Shown piece by piece: positions 37,927 through 52,479 of a stretch of DNA of 64,000 nucleotides. The stretch comes from Octopus vulgaris (Eukaryota): NCBI GenBank assembly GCA_951406725.2, contig OX597839.1:13206001-13270000 (forward strand), in the 5' to 3' direction. Below the pieces are notes generated by a model. That model made no database searches and was not told the DNA's origin. It saw only the letters and a program-made list of their open reading frames with translations. Position numbers and translations under genes: made by a program. Every line of letters begins with the position of its first letter. Position 1 is the stretch's first letter.

Positions 37927-38390
37927 ACTCTTTTACTTATTTCAGTCATTTGACTGTAGCCATGCTGGAGCACCGCCTTTAATCGAGCAAATCGACCCCA
38001 GGACTTATTCTTTGTAAGCCTAGTACTTATTCTATCGGTCGCTTTTGCCGAACCGCTAAGTTACAGGGACGTAAACACAGACACACAAACATATTATTAT
38101 TATTATTATTGTTGTTTTTACGTATTATTTTTGTATTCATATTCGTGTAACATCGTCCGTTTTTCTGTCCTTGTTTTGTATACATTCGAAGTTTTCTTCC
38201 AAGGAATCTAATGCGCTTAGCTTAGTTTTCCCTTGGGGCTGGCCAGATTGGAGCAATCTCAAGATTAATCAGCCGAAATTGCGAGGATGATCCGGTTCTT
38301 GACTGAAGATTGAAGGCTTCGAATGTCCCGTCCATGTTTTTTGTATCGTCTTCTAAATGTTTTGCGTTCTTGTCCCAGTTTGTATTTTTT

Positions 38391-38433
<43 letters not shown>

Positions 38434-38585
38434 GACGGGCTTCTTTTAGTTTCCGTCTACCAAATCCACTCACAAGGCTTTGCTTGGCTCAAGGCTATAT
38501 TAGAAGACACTTGCCCAAGGTGCCACGCAGTCGGACTGAACCCGGAACCATGTGGTTAGTAAGCATGCTACTTACCACACAGCCA
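37927..38585 (-). mobile_element. SINE family A with a second repeat (~38110-38392) nested in its microsatellite
   Basis: Both SINE halves are present; the nested repeat is the reverse complement of ~256-421. Confidence 0.75.
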
Positions 38586-39235
38586 TGCTATTAAGAAATA
38601 CCATCGGGAAAGGCCCAGTCACCGCATCCAATTAACACCCCAACTTCTTAACAGTTTTCAAGGTCTCCAATTCTGAGTAGGGTTTGTCGATACCAGCGAC
38701 TCCAAAACTTGACTCATATCAGAAGGATGAAAGGCAAAGCTGACCTCAGCAGAGTTTGAACTCTGAACATATAAAAACCAGAAGAAATACTGCTAAACAT
38801 TTCTTCAAATATTTAAACGATTTTGCCAACTCGCCGCCCTTTTTTCTTTCATAATTGTTTCTTATTAGAAACCTGAAATTTTGGATAGGGTCTGAGTCGA
38901 TTACATCGACCTCATTGCTCGACTGGAACATTTTATCGACCTCGAAAGAAATAAGGAAAAGTCGACCTCGGCGGAATTTGAACTCAGAACATAAAAACCG
39001 GAAGAAATGCCCCTAAGCATTTTGTCCGGTGTGCTCACCATTCTACCAACTCGCATCCTCTCCTCCGTCTTTCATAATACACTTTTTGGTCAGTCAAAAA
39101 TTCTACAACTTGGGTTCAATTACCACAACTTGGGTTCAATTACTAGTGAAAGACATGTCACTTCACTTAAGTCACTAATAATACTAGAGAAATGCATAAA
39201 CATCATAAAATCTTATTCGTCTAGTGTCAGAGTAA

Positions 39236-39625
39236 TCTCTATATATATAAAGCTGAAGTTGTCTGTGTATGGCAGGTTTGGTAGCCTTCAACTAACACTA
39301 TCTCCTCCGAGACCCTGCGGCGCAAGTTGACCAAAATTGAGAGTATGATAGAAGAAGGCTTGCTCTTCCTTCCGTAGAAGACAAAATCCAAATCGGACTA
39401 TGTTAAGAGCAAAAATTATTTACATCAAAAAGGTGCTTTTTTTCTATGAAAATCCCTACTTTTTACGATTTTTTGACTGCTGTGTCGCCATTTTTCGGTG
39501 TATTTCAACCAGAAAAATGTTCAACTTAAAGAGAATAACAAGCTAAATGCAAAATTTTTACTTTTCAAAAATTCTAATTCTAAAGGGTCGAAACAAACCC
39601 GAGCAACGCCGGGCGATACTGCTAG
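39236..39625 (+). mobile_element. Non-autonomous Helitron
   Basis: A|TCTCTATATATATAAA 5' end; subterminal hairpin CCCGagcaacgcCGGG; CTAG|T 3' end. Confidence 0.8.
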
Positions 39626-39859
39626 TAAATTATATTTGAGTATTTGTTACCTAAAAACCGTTTAAGGTAGTACTCCAACATGGCCGCAGTCAAATAACTG
39701 AAACAAGTAAACGAAATAAAGGATATCCGTGATGTTCTTTTATTCTTTTGCTTGTTTCAGTCATGTTGATAAATTTTTAAATGAGTTATTATTTATTTAC
39801 TTTCTAACTGCTTCCTCAGTGTTAGTGTGTGTGTGTGTACATGTTGGAAAACAAACCTT

Positions 39860-40218
39860 GGATCTTTTCGGTTTGAACGACAGTTTTTAACATAATTTCT
39901 AGGTAACTAAAAAATTTTAAACTTCGTATACTGGTAGAATGTGTTTTTAAAACATCTTTTTCTCTTGGCTTTATTGAGAAAATTTTATAGTTTGTAAGAT
40001 ATTTGTGCGGTTTTTTCTTCAATTTCTGCAATTTCAACCAATCAATGCCGTCTATTGAGGTAAAAGACATTCTGTGCCGTATGAATATGTCCCTCGTTTA
40101 AGAAACAGATTGGGTTTATTTACATTTGTGAAGAAAAAAAGATTGAAATGCAATAGATATGGGTGACAATTTCATATGACACCGCTAGAAAAAACTGCCG
40201 TTCAAACCGAAAAGATCC
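39860..40218 (+). mobile_element. Same MITE, copy 2 (CCCTAA tract deleted)
   Basis: Same TIRs; aacctt repeated on both flanks. Confidence 0.8.
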
Positions 40219-43034
40219 AACCTTTATATACTTTAAAAGTAAATATGTAAATGATGTGCACAAACAGATGTAACCGCCAATATTGAGTGATGAAGAGGCA
40301 GAAATAAAGAGAAATAATCCATGCTGTAAGAGATGATGTGAAAGGATTATCACGATGCGATAAAGAAAATGTTCCAAATAACAAATATTGATCTTACATC
40401 TTTAACATCATTATCATCGTTGTCATTATCATCATCATCGCTACCACCATCATTATCATTATCTTCATTGCCTCTTGATCTTGATTGTTATTATTATTAT
40501 CATGGTCATAAGGCCGAATCGTTAGCATGCCGGACAAAATGCTTAGCATTTCATCCGCCTTTACATTCCTCGTTCAAATTCCACCAAACGTTGACTTTGC
40601 CTTTCGTCTTTTCGGGGTCGATAAAATAAGTACCAATTGCTGGCCTTGCGCCAAAATTTGAAATCATTATTATCATTTATTTACTTGTTTCAGTCATTTG
40701 ACTGCGGCCATGCTGGAGCATCGCTTTTGGTCATATCGCAACAAGTTGGCAGAATCGTTTGCACGTTGGGCAAAATGCTTAGCAAGCATTTCATCTGTCT
40801 TTACGTTCTGAGTTCAAATTTCACTGAGGTTGACTTTACCTTTCATCCTTTCAGGGTCAATAAAATAAGTACCAGTCAAGCCCTGGGGTCACTGTAATTG
40901 ACTCAACTCCTCCTGAAATTTCAGGCCTTCTGCCTATAGTGCAAAGCATCATTATCATGGCCATCATTGTCTCTTCATCACCACTGCTACAGTATCATCA
41001 TGGCCTACAGATTTGGTACCATGATCTTGTGATCTGAGTTGACCTGATCTAGTTAGTGACCAGGTATTCTAACCTAGGTGCCTGGTTAACTTTCTAGGTG
41101 CAATCCCATAGTCATTCATGACAGAAAGGGATCTTCACCTTTTTATCTCATAGCTGTAGGGTTTAGGTGATGTGATCATTTATTTTTAGTATGACATTGT
41201 AAGATAGGTGTAAGAGGCAGGATCTGATTGGTTTGAACATAAAACAAGTGAAATATTTGGGCTGGATATGGTCAGTTTAAATGCTGAAGAGTTAAAGAAA
41301 TCAATTAGTTGGTATGCTAAATGGTTTTCTAGCATTTAGTTTTGACTTTAAATCTTACTTATCAACTTTGGCTTTCATTTGCACAGGATAAATAAGATAT
41401 GTACCAGTTATAAACTGGGGAGAGGGGTGATACAATTATGAACAATTACTTCACCTGTTTGAAACAGAGAGAAAGAGAGAGATATAAACAAAGAGAAAAA
41501 GAGAGACAGACAGTCAGAGAAAGGAGAGATAGAGATAGAAAGAAAGAAAGAGACAGGGAGAAAGAGAGAGACAAACAGAGAAAAAGAGAGATAGAGACAG
41601 AGAAAATTGAGTGACAGTGAGAAAGAGAGAGAGTTAGAGACAGAGGGAAAGTAAGAGGGACAGAATTTCTCTCAGAATGGTAGAAATTAATTAGTTAAAT
41701 GTCTAAATTTCATTAAAGAATGCTTCTGTCCTAAAAAGTCCAAACTTACATCCTTTTACAGTTCATAAAACAAATATTTTAAGATGCAGCACAAAGTTTT
41801 GTCAGTGAACAGGTCGTGGTCTCAGAGCGACAAAAATATTTTGACAAATTAAATTTAAATGTTGAAGTGAATCTAACGGTTTTGTGTGTTTCTTAAATGG
41901 CTTATAAACACCTTCCACGCTGCAAATATTTTATGAATTTTATAAAATGAAGTGAGTTGTTATCAAGATAACAATTGTCCAAAACAATAATCTCTGTTTT
42001 TATACTTAGATTATCTGTATCAAAAGTATGTTTCAATTGGGTAAATCTCCGAATGTGATTGAGTGTATTACTCCTATACTAAATATAGGCATAGGTACAG
42101 CTATAAGAAATTTGCTTCCCAACCACATGGTTTTGAGTTCAGTCCCACTGTGCTGCAACTTAAGCGAATATCTTCTACTATAGCTCTTAGCTGACCAAAG
42201 CCTTGTGTGTGGATCTGGTAGATGGAAACTGAAAGAAGCCCACTCTGTGTGTGTGTGTGTGTATTTTGTCCACCACCATTGCTTGACAACTGGTGTTGGT
42301 GTGTTTACATCCTCGTAACTTGGTGTTTTGGCAAAAGTGATGGCTAGAATAGGTACTGGAGTCGATTCATTCAGCTAAAATTCTTCAAGGAAGTGCCCCA
42401 GCTTGGCCACAGTCTAATGACTGAAACAAATAAAAGATGAAAAATAAAGGTATGTGTGTGTTTGTGTTTGTTCTCCACCACTGCTTGACAGCTGGTGCTG
42501 ATTTGTTTACTTTCCCCATAACTTAATTTGGAGAACAAGACCAATAGAATAAGTACCATTCTTAAAAAAAACAAATTCAGTCCTAGGGTTGACTTGTTTG
42601 ACTAAACCTTTCAAGGTGGTGCTCCAGCATGGTCGTTGTCCAATGACTGAAACAAAGTTAAAGATATCTACTTATTTCAATTGAATTTATTTCTGTATGT
42701 CACCAAGTGCTTTATTCCTTTAGCAAATATACAAAACTGTAATAATGTAGATTGAATACATCTTATAGATCTAAATACTTTATAAATACATTGCATTGTT
42801 GTACATAGATTATTTAGTCTAACTATAATTACAGCTGTCACTAGGAATCAAGGACGACTTAGTGGTATGCTCATGTATAGATGCCAGTGTGGCTGTATGG
42901 TAAGAAGTTTCCATCCTAACCACATGGTTCCAGGTTCAGTTCCACTGCATGACAATTTGGGCAAGTGTTTTCTACTAAAGCCCTGGGCCAACCAAAGGTG
43001 TGTGAGTAGATTTGGTAGGTAGAAACAGAAAGAA

Positions 43035-43678
43035 GCGGCGAGCTGGCAGAAACATTAGCACACCGGGCGAAATTCTTAGCAGTATTTTGTCTGCTGTTAC
43101 GTTCTGAGTTCAAATTCCGCCGAGGTTGACTTTGCCTTTCATCCTTTCGGGGTCGATAAATTAATTACCAGTCATGCACTGGGGTCGATATAATCGACTT
43201 AATCCCTTTGCCTGTCCCCTCTATGTTTGGCCCCTTGTGGGCAGTAAAGAAATAAGAAACGTTAGCATGCCGGGCAAAATGCTTTGTGGTATTTCGTCTG
43301 CCGCTACGTTCTGAGTTCAAATTCCGCCAAGGTCGGCTTTGCCTTTCATCCTTTCGGAGTCATATTAGAGACTGCCATTTGATGTTTAAGATCCTCCTAA
43401 TGCAAGTTTGGTAGAATCTTTTCAAAGCCTTGATGTAACGACGATAATCGGCGAGCTGGCAGAAACGTTAGCACGCCGGGCGAAATGCGTAGCCGTATTT
43501 CATCTGCCGTTACGTTCTGAGTTCAAATTCCGCCGAGGTCGACTTTGCCTTTCATCCTTTCGGAGTCGGTAAATTAAGTACCAATTATGCACTGGGGTCG
43601 ATGTAATCAACTTAATCCCTTTGTCTGTCTTTGTTTGTTCCCTTTATGTTTAGCCTCTTGTGGGCAATAAAGAAATAA
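43035..43678 (+). mobile_element. Composite family B SINE insertion (SINE + partial SINE + 86-bp captured flank + SINE)
   Basis: The whole block is bracketed by gaaacagaaagaagc at ~43022-43036 and ~43679-43693. Confidence 0.82.
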
Positions 43679-43966
43679 GAAACAGAAAGAAGCTTACCTT
43701 ATGGAGAAGGATGATTTGAAAGTATAGTTGCCAGAATTAGAAACAGCTTAGCAAAATTTAAAGTGTATCTTTGTTGGTAACATACATACATACTATATGT
43801 GGTCAGGCATATGAAGTTTAAGGCATTTAGAATATTCCCACAAGAATCAAGAATGAAATCTTTGCACATGAGACTGATAAAGTTATGTTGTGTCTGGGGA
43901 GAGTCATACTGTCTTAATGCCTTATTGTCTAACACACCAGTTCAATTTCCACTCATTTATTATTTA

Positions 43967-44326
43967 CTAGCACTATGACCCGGCGTTGCCGGGTCATAGC
44001 TACTGCATGTATATACAGCTGCGTGCGTGCACACATACACGCGAGTACTGTCCAAGTCTCTGACCAATCACACAGCTAGCTGGCATTCAATTGGCGTATC
44101 AAGTTTCAGGCAATTTGATTGGGTTTTGGATAGAAAATTCACAAAAAAGTTACTTCTATTGATTTTTTAATGGCTTTGCGGGGTGACTGGGGAAATGTAA
44201 AGATGTGCACGACCACCCTTGGATGGTTTTGAATGACAATAGAAAGTGCGAGCCCTCTAACTGAACAATTGTGGATTTGTATAAAGGACACGCACGCAGA
44301 CATTTTGCTGTTTATATATATAGAGA
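43967..44326 (-). mobile_element. Non-autonomous Helitron, second family
   Basis: Minus strand begins A|TCTCTATATATATAAA and ends with the hairpin CTATGACCCGGCaacGCCGGGTCATAG followed by tgCTAG|T. Confidence 0.8.
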
Positions 44327-46535
44327 TATTTTTTTCTTCCAAAACTTTGGAAGAAAAAGTATAAGTAATCTTTTCTACTCTAGGCACAAGGCTCGAAATT
44401 TTTGGGATGGGTCCAGTCAATTAGATCAATCTCCAGTATGCAAATGGTACTTAATTTATCAACCCCGAAAGGATGAAAAGCAAAGTCAACCTTGGCGTAA
44501 TTTGAACTCAGACTGTAAAGACATGAAATACCTATTTCTTTACTAACCAATAGGGGCTAAACATAGAGGGGACAAACAAGGACAGACAAACGGATTAAGT
44601 TGATTACATCGACCCCAGTGCATAACTGGTACTTAATTTATCAACCTCGAAAGGATGAAAGGCAAAGTCGACCTTGGCGGAATTTGAACTCAGAACGTAA
44701 CGGCAGTTCCCGAAGTTCCCAACGGCATAGCTCTGACACTACCCACTTAATTGAGGTAACATTGCAGCCAGGTGGAGGTAGCACAGCTTGAACATGTGGA
44801 GGAAGGGTGGGTCATTTTAGCCACGAGCCCTACATCCCATTGGTGGATATTTGTGCTTAATCAGGAAGGTGTCGGATCATTTGATTATAGAATGTCATTC
44901 ACCCTGAACTTATATTCCTCCTTCCCATCTCTCTTGTCTCTTTCGCTTTCTAAATCAAAACTCTGTCTTCTGACCTCATTAATTTAATCAATTGCGTGTA
45001 ATTACTGTAGTAGTTTAAACAGATTAAGTATGAAAGTCATACTAACTATTCTTTCCACACCTCTTTTTGTCAGATCAATGAGTTTGTAATTAGGTCAAGA
45101 GTATGACTTATCTCTATCTTAATCTTTCATGAAATTCTTAACATTGTATTTTAAAAAGAGGGACTGTTTTCCCTCCGTTCATAAAAAGAATTAATTATTA
45201 TTATTATTCATCGTTTAACGTCCGTTTTCAATGCTAGCATGGGTTGGACGGTTCGACCGAGGTCTGGGAAGCGAGAAGGCTGCACCAGGCTATAGACTTG
45301 ATCTGGCAGTATTTCTACAGCTGGATGCCCTTCCTAACGCCAACCACTCCGTGAGTGTAGTGGGTGCTTTTTACGTGCCACCGGCACAGGTGCCAGGCAA
45401 GGCTGGCAACGGCCACAATCAGTTGGTGCTTTTTACATTCTTATTATTGTGGAGGCGCAATGGCCCAGTGGTTAGGGCAGTGGACTCGCGCTGGGAAGAT
45501 CGCGGTTTCGATTCCCAGACTGGGCGTTGTGTGTGTTTATTGAGCGAAAACACCTAAAAGCTCCACGAGGCTCTGGCAGAGGGTGGTGCGACCCTTGTTG
45601 TACTCTTTCGCCACAACTTTCTCACTTTCTCTTCCTGTTTCTTGAATAACGCTGTGATGGACTGGCATCCCGTCCAGTTGGGGGAAACACATACGCCACA
45701 GAAACTGGGAAACCAGGCCCATGAGCCTGGCTAGGCTTGAAAAGGGTGATGTTTATCGTTGTTATTATTATCATTCTTAAGGCGGCAAGCTGGCAGAATC
45801 GTTAGCATGCTAGACAAAATGCTTAGTGGTATTTTGCCTGTCGTTACATTCTGAGTTCAAATTCTGCTGTGGTTGACTTTGCCTTTCATTCTTTTGGGGG
45901 TTGATAAATTAAGTATCAGTTGAGAACTGGGGTCGATGTAATTGACTATCCCCTCCCCCATATTTCAAGCCTTGTGTCTATAATAGAAAGGATTACTCTT
46001 GCTTCACTCTTTTACTGTGGCCATGCTGGAGCACCGCCTTTAGTTGAGAAAATCGACCCCAGGACTTATTCTTTGAAAGCCTAGTACTTATTCTTTCGGT
46101 TTCTTTTGGTGAAATGCTAAGTTACGGGGACATAACACACCAGCATTGGTTATCAAGCAATGTTGGAAGGACAAACAGAGACACACAAATGTATACACAC
46201 ACACTTCCTAATGCCAACCACTCTGTGAGTTTAGTGGGTGCTTTACATGCCACCAGCACAGGGGCCAGAGGAGGCTCGCAACGTCCATGATCGGTTGGTG
46301 CTTTTTATGTGCCACTGACACGAACGCCAGTCAAGGCAGTGCTGGCATTGACCACGTTCGAATGGTGTTTTTTACATGCCACTGGCACAGGTATTACAAC
46401 TACAATTTCCATTTGATTTTTATTTTGATGTTGATGTACTTGACTCAATAGGTCTCCTCAAGCACAACCTATCAACATAAATAGCTGCTCGGAGTATGAT
46501 TGGGTCTGATTGCATAATATATACTACCTCAAGTA

Positions 46536-47034
46536 CCGTAAATCCTCGAGTATAATCCTCTTTTTTTTCCCAAAACTTAAAGGTGCTATATACAAGGTTA
46601 AAATTGAAAATTGTTTTCTCAGCAATGCCTGAGTCTCTATTTGCTGTCCGGCAATGTTTATTCAGACGCATTTAGTGATGTCAGGCGTGAAAATACCTTT
46701 AAGCTAAGCCTAAAAGCAATGAAGTCATAAAAGAATCATCCATAACTTTCAGTAAGCAACATTTATTAAACGTTATTACTGTTATTTCTTTATTTTCTGC
46801 AAACAAAATGCACAAAAAAGCTACACGTTTGCATTATGTTATATATATAATAATAATAATAAAGGACGTTACCCTATACAGTTTTACAAACCAAGGACGT
46901 TATATAGACCTCCTTGACTCAAGTTAGAGAAGGGGTGCATATTATACACAAGGTTTAAGTTTCTCAGGGGTACAGCCCCCTAAAAATCCCCTGCATATTA
47001 TACTCAAGGCCGGACTATACTCGAGGATTTTCAG
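46536..47034. mobile_element. Tc2/pogo-like MITE
   Basis: TA-CCGTAAATCCTCGAGTATAATCC ... GGACTATACTCGAGGATTTTCAG-TA terminal inverted repeats. Confidence 0.78.
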
Positions 47035-48190
47035 TACAAATAATTGATTTCATTTATATATCACCTAACTTCAGAAAGCATGCAACATTCTGACAGGGTC
47101 AGAATGAAACAGAAAATTACCCCACAAAATAACTGATGTCGTTTGTTCGGCTTTATTGGAACTATTCAGCCATTACTTATGGAAGGTAGCTGTACTAAAT
47201 GGCAGCCGTTTTCTTCTCACTGTTTGATAAATAGTGTTATTTACACTGGGTAGAAACACACAATTAAGCTACCCTTCAAGTAATGTAGCCATACTATTTA
47301 AACTGTTGTAATGACAAGCCATGTACCTACTATTTATCATAGCCTCAACTCACAAATCAACCCAGCTAATAAATACAAATGTTTACACAGAATTACTGTC
47401 TTGAAAGGATTATAATCTATTTCTAGGCATTTTTCTGTCTCTGATCAATTTAATAGCTCATGTTAATGACTGCAATTTCCCTGGGAAGTTTTCTATAATT
47501 CCAGGCTTTCGAGTCTTCTGTTTGTTTCTCTCTTTTTATTTGATGACAACGAATTAAATGTTCCAATTTAAACGTTTATTGTTATCTTGTAAAACTTGTG
47601 ATGTGTAGAATAAGAGGTGTTACATTTCAGTACTTATGTGTGTATATCCAGTAATCATTTGCCATATCGCGGTTCACCTATTGCGTCCTCCGTACACCGT
47701 GGATGTTTTTGGCTAATGTATGTAAATTTATATCACGGGGTTCCTTAGAATATCACGGATTTCTGCGGCCAATAGGTATTTATAATTTTTTGAGATTTTA
47801 ATTATTTCTGTGGTAAAATAAGTATGCCAAAAAATTAATAAAAGCAAAAAACATTTGAGTGAGGTTGTTGCCAGTGCCGCTGGACTGGCTCCTGTGCAGG
47901 TGTCACGTAAAAAACACCATTTGAGCGTGGCCGTTGCCAGTACCGCCTGACTGGCCTTCGTGCCGGTGGCACGTAAAAGCACCCACTACACTCTCGGAGT
48001 GATTGGTGTTAGGAAAGGCATCCAGCTGTAGAAACCCTGCCAGATCAGATTGGAGCCTGGTGCAGCCATCTCGTTTGCCATTCCTTAGTCAAATCGTCAA
48101 ATGAAACTTGGGAGGCAAGACATGGGTACTCCTAAGAGTGTAGGGAGAGTTTATAAAAGCTTAACTGTATAAAAATCAGCGACTCCTACG

Positions 48191-48241
<51 letters not shown>

Positions 48242-48248
48242 ATGTATA

Positions 48249-48482
48249 CAGTGTTGGTCAAAAGTCACCCAACGGTAAACCAAGATTCCATAAATACTAT
48301 CTGTAATTCTGTATTGACTCGAATGGAAAAATGTGTCGCTGAAGAAGGATTTCAGTTTGAACAATTTTCATGCTATTTCTTATCTAGATACTTTTATTAA
48401 ATTCATTCAGTTGTTGAACATAAATAAATCTTGGAATTAAATTTGTTTTCAATTACTGTCAGGTGACTTTTGGCCAACCCTG
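48249..48482. mobile_element. Tc1/mariner MITE
   Basis: TA-CAGTGTTGGTCAAAAGTCACC ... GGTGACTTTTGGCCAACCCTG-TA. Confidence 0.8.
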
Positions 48483-50549
48483 TATATGGGCATGTGTCTT
48501 GGTGTATCTCTTTGGCCCTCACCACTTTGGCAACCAGTATTGGGGCGTTTACATTCCCATAACTCAGCAGTTCGACAAAGGAGACCAATAGAATAAGTAC
48601 CAGGTTTTACAAAAAAATAAGTTTTGGTATCAATTCATTTGACTAAAGTTCTTCAAAGCAGTGCCCCAGCATGGCCACAGTCTAATGACTAAAACACTTA
48701 AAAAAATAAAAGATGTGTGTGCTTGTATGTATATTGAAATATAAAATGATAGGTTTATATGTGTGTGCCTGTATGTATGTATGTAGGCATTTAAAATATG
48801 TTTGTGTATATGCATATGTGTGATTTGTATGACTACAGGTATATAAAATATGTATATATGTGTTTGTGCATGCATATGTGTATGTATGTATATAGATAGA
48901 TAAAATAACGTGTATTTATGTGGTCTGCATATGTATATATGTGTGTACGTATGGAGGTATAAAAATTATGTGTACATGTATATATGTATGTGTGTGTATG
49001 TCTATATTGGAATATAAAATGATATAATGATATTCATGTATGTGTGTGTGAGTATGTGTGCATGTACTTTTATGTAGATAGATAAAGAGATGCATATATA
49101 CATATTTACATACATTTACACATACATATATACACACATATAGAGAACACATGTATTTGAGAAGACACTTTTGAATCCACCTAAAAATGAGACAAAGTGG
49201 TCAATAAAATATTGAAGAGGAATTAAGAAGTTTTATGGCTGTGAATATTATCTTTCTGAGATAGAAATGAAACAGATTTGAGAAAAACCAGATTATTATA
49301 ATCAAAACACATAAAAAGACCCTTGTGTGTGTGTAGTGCAGGTGTGGACGTGTACTTAAGAAGCTTACTTCTTAAATATATGTGGCACCTTGGACAAGTG
49401 TCTTCCGCTAGAGCTTTGAGTCGACCAAAGTCTTTGAGTGGAATTGGTCGGCAGAAATCTTAAGAAGTTAGTTGTGTATGTGTGTTCATATATTTATGTA
49501 CTAGCTTAAAAGCCACACTTCATGTAGACTTTTGAGCTAGTTCCTGCGGATGGCTAATTTGGCCTATGACCGAAAACAGAAGGGAGCAATAATACTAAAA
49601 CATTTATTAGTACCCTAACAATATGGTATTACTTTAAATTCAGTTTAAATCAGAGGTGGGGAAACTTTTTAGTGCAGTAGGCAAAAATTTCCAATGAAAA
49701 AGGTCCATGGGTGTATCACAAGTTCTAACACTTATATCTGTGGAAATCTATGTATAATTTTATATACATTAATAAAGATAAGTTTAACATGTTAAATTAA
49801 CGTGTAACATTTTCATTAACGCTGCTTCTGGATTTAGAATGTTAATATTACTAATGAGGTAAAGCATCTCCATGTGCAAATATTAACTTGCTTGGAAATG
49901 GGTGTTAGCAACAGGAAGAGCATCCAGCTGTATAAAATCTGCCTCAATAAATTCTATCTGCCCCATGCAGACATAGAAAAATGGACATTGAATAATCATG
50001 ATGATGATATATGTGTATACATATGTCTGTTATTATATGTGTGGGTGGAGAGAGAGAGAGTGAGTAACAGCTGTATCTTACATAGCCTTACTTTATACAA
50101 ACGTTTCAGATAAAGTCATGTGACCTATGACCTATCTTTATCCTTGAAGATGTCTCCAAATGTACTATTTCAGAGACTGATGGGAAAGTGTAGTCTTCGA
50201 GGTCGACTTTACCTTTCATCCTTTCGGGGTCGATAAATTAAGTACCAGTTACACACTGGGGTCGATGTAATCGACTTAATCTGTTTGTCTGTCCTTGTTT
50301 GTCCCCTCTGTGTTTAGCCTCTTGTGGGCAATAAAGAAATAAGGATGGAAGAAACATGCATTTATAAATTCATCATAGTTTTGATAAACTCCTTGAAATC
50401 ATACTGATAATTTCAATTTGTTTGAGAATATGTACACACACACACACACAAATACATAGCTATATATCTTTAAGTATTTATGCATATGCGGACGTATGCT
50501 TATATCTATAAGCATACATACATGTACACACTACCTCACAAATACACAC

Positions 50550-50592
<43 letters not shown>

Positions 50593-51438
50593 TGTGTGCA
50601 TATGGATACATCTATGAACATAGAGACATATATGTACTTGGCTGTGTGGTAGAGAGTTTTGCCTCCCAGCTGCATAATTTCAGTTTGGTCTCACTGCATG
50701 GAACTATAGCTCTGAGAAAATTTGGTAAATGGAAACTGAAAGAAGCCCTCACACATCCATCTATCCATCCATACATACATACATGCATACATACATACAT
50801 ACATTATTAGATTGACCCCAGTACACAATTGGTACCTGATGCACGTATAAATACATACATGGATGCATGCATGCATGTGGGACAGTAAAAATATGCAAAG
50901 ACTTTTCTCAAGTTCCAAATATGAATTTGTCTGTCTTAACTCCATCCCAAAGATGGAGCCTTATACTTTTGAAACTAGCTCCCTCCTCAGTAGAAGATTT
51001 ATAATAATTAAAAAAATAGAAGAGACAGACAGACAGATATACATACATGGGTCTGGCTCTCCAACAGTTTTGTGTTTATGATGGCAAAGGTTGCAATTGA
51101 TCTGATCAACAAAACAGCCTGCTATTGAAATTAACTTGCAAGTGGCTGAGTACTCCACAGACATGTGTACCTTTAAAGTAGTTCTCAGGGAGATTCGACA
51201 TGGCACAGAGAAGTGTGACGAAGCTGGCCCTTTGAATTACACGTACAACTCACTTTTGCCAGCTGAACAGATTAGAGCAATGAGGAATAAAGTGTCTTGT
51301 TCAAAGATGCAATGCAACACCAGGAATCAAACTCATGACCTTATGATTGTGAGCCAAATCTCCTAACCACTAAACCATGCACCTTCACACACACACACAC
51401 ACATGCACGCCCGCACACACACACTCACACACATATAT

Positions 51439-51612
51439 TAGGCGCAGGAGTGGCTGTGTGGTAAGTAGCTTGCTTAGAAACCACATAGTTCCAGGTTCAG
51501 TCCCACTGCGGGCACCCTGGGCAAGTGTCTTCTACTATAGCCTTGGGATGACTGAAGCCTTGTGAGTGGATTTGGTAGACGGAAACTGAAAGAAACCCGT
51601 CGTATATATATG

Positions 51613-51643
<31 letters not shown>

Positions 51644-51844
51644 ATTTGTTTGTCAACCCAACATCGCTTGACAACCAAAGCTGGTGTGTTTACGTCCCCA
51701 TAACATAGTGGTTCGGCAAAAAGAGACCGATAGAATAAGTACTAGGTTTCCAAAGAATAAGTCCTGGGGTTGATTTGTTCGACTAAAGGTAGTGCTCCAG
51801 CCTGACCACAGTCAAATGACTGAAACAAGTAAAAGAGTAAAAGT
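51439..51844 (+). mobile_element. SINE family A, full length
   Basis: Colinear with 2078-2490. Confidence 0.87.
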
Positions 51845-52042
51845 GTTTTGTATTATTTTCCTATTTTTAGATTGAATGAAATGAATTTAAACACTATAAT
51901 CCTACCTTGACTAATTGTTTGTTCATTACTTCCCCACTACTATAACCAATACATAAACATATAAATGTGTGTCTGTGTGTCCTTGACATCACATGATAGT
52001 AAATAAGCGTCACTGTCATACAAACAGTGTCATTCATTACTC

Positions 52043-52446
52043 TCTCTTTTACCTTTCACTTGTTTCAGTCATATGACTGCGGCCATACTGGAGCACTGCC
52101 TTTAGTCGAGCAAATCGACCCCAGGACTTATTCTTTGTAAGCCTAGTAATTATTCTATTGGGTTCTTTTGCTGAGCCGCTAAGTTATGGGGACATAAACA
52201 CACCAGCATCAGTGGTCAAGCGATGTTGGGGGGACAAACACAGACACACAAGCATATACACACACACATATATATATTTATCTATGACAGGCTTCTTTCA
52301 GTTTCCGTCTACCAAATCCACTCACAAGGCTTTGGTCGGCTCGAGGCTATAGTAGAAGACACTTGCCCAAGATGCCACGCAGTTGGACTGAACCTAGAAC
52401 CATGTAGTTCGTAAGCAAGCTACTTACCACACAGCCACGTCTACGC
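52043..52446 (-). mobile_element. SINE family A, full length (inverted partner of 51439-51844)
   Basis: Reverse complement of the family A sequence. Confidence 0.87.
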
Positions 52447-52479
52447 TTTTGTCAAGCTCCCTTTTAATTTGTAATTGTT

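Noticed and set aside
38225-38290. ggctg...cagcc-gaaa stem in the repeat shared with 256-421, considered as a hammerhead
   Set aside because: No recognisable CUGANGA core or valid NUH site; kept only as an unclassified repeat
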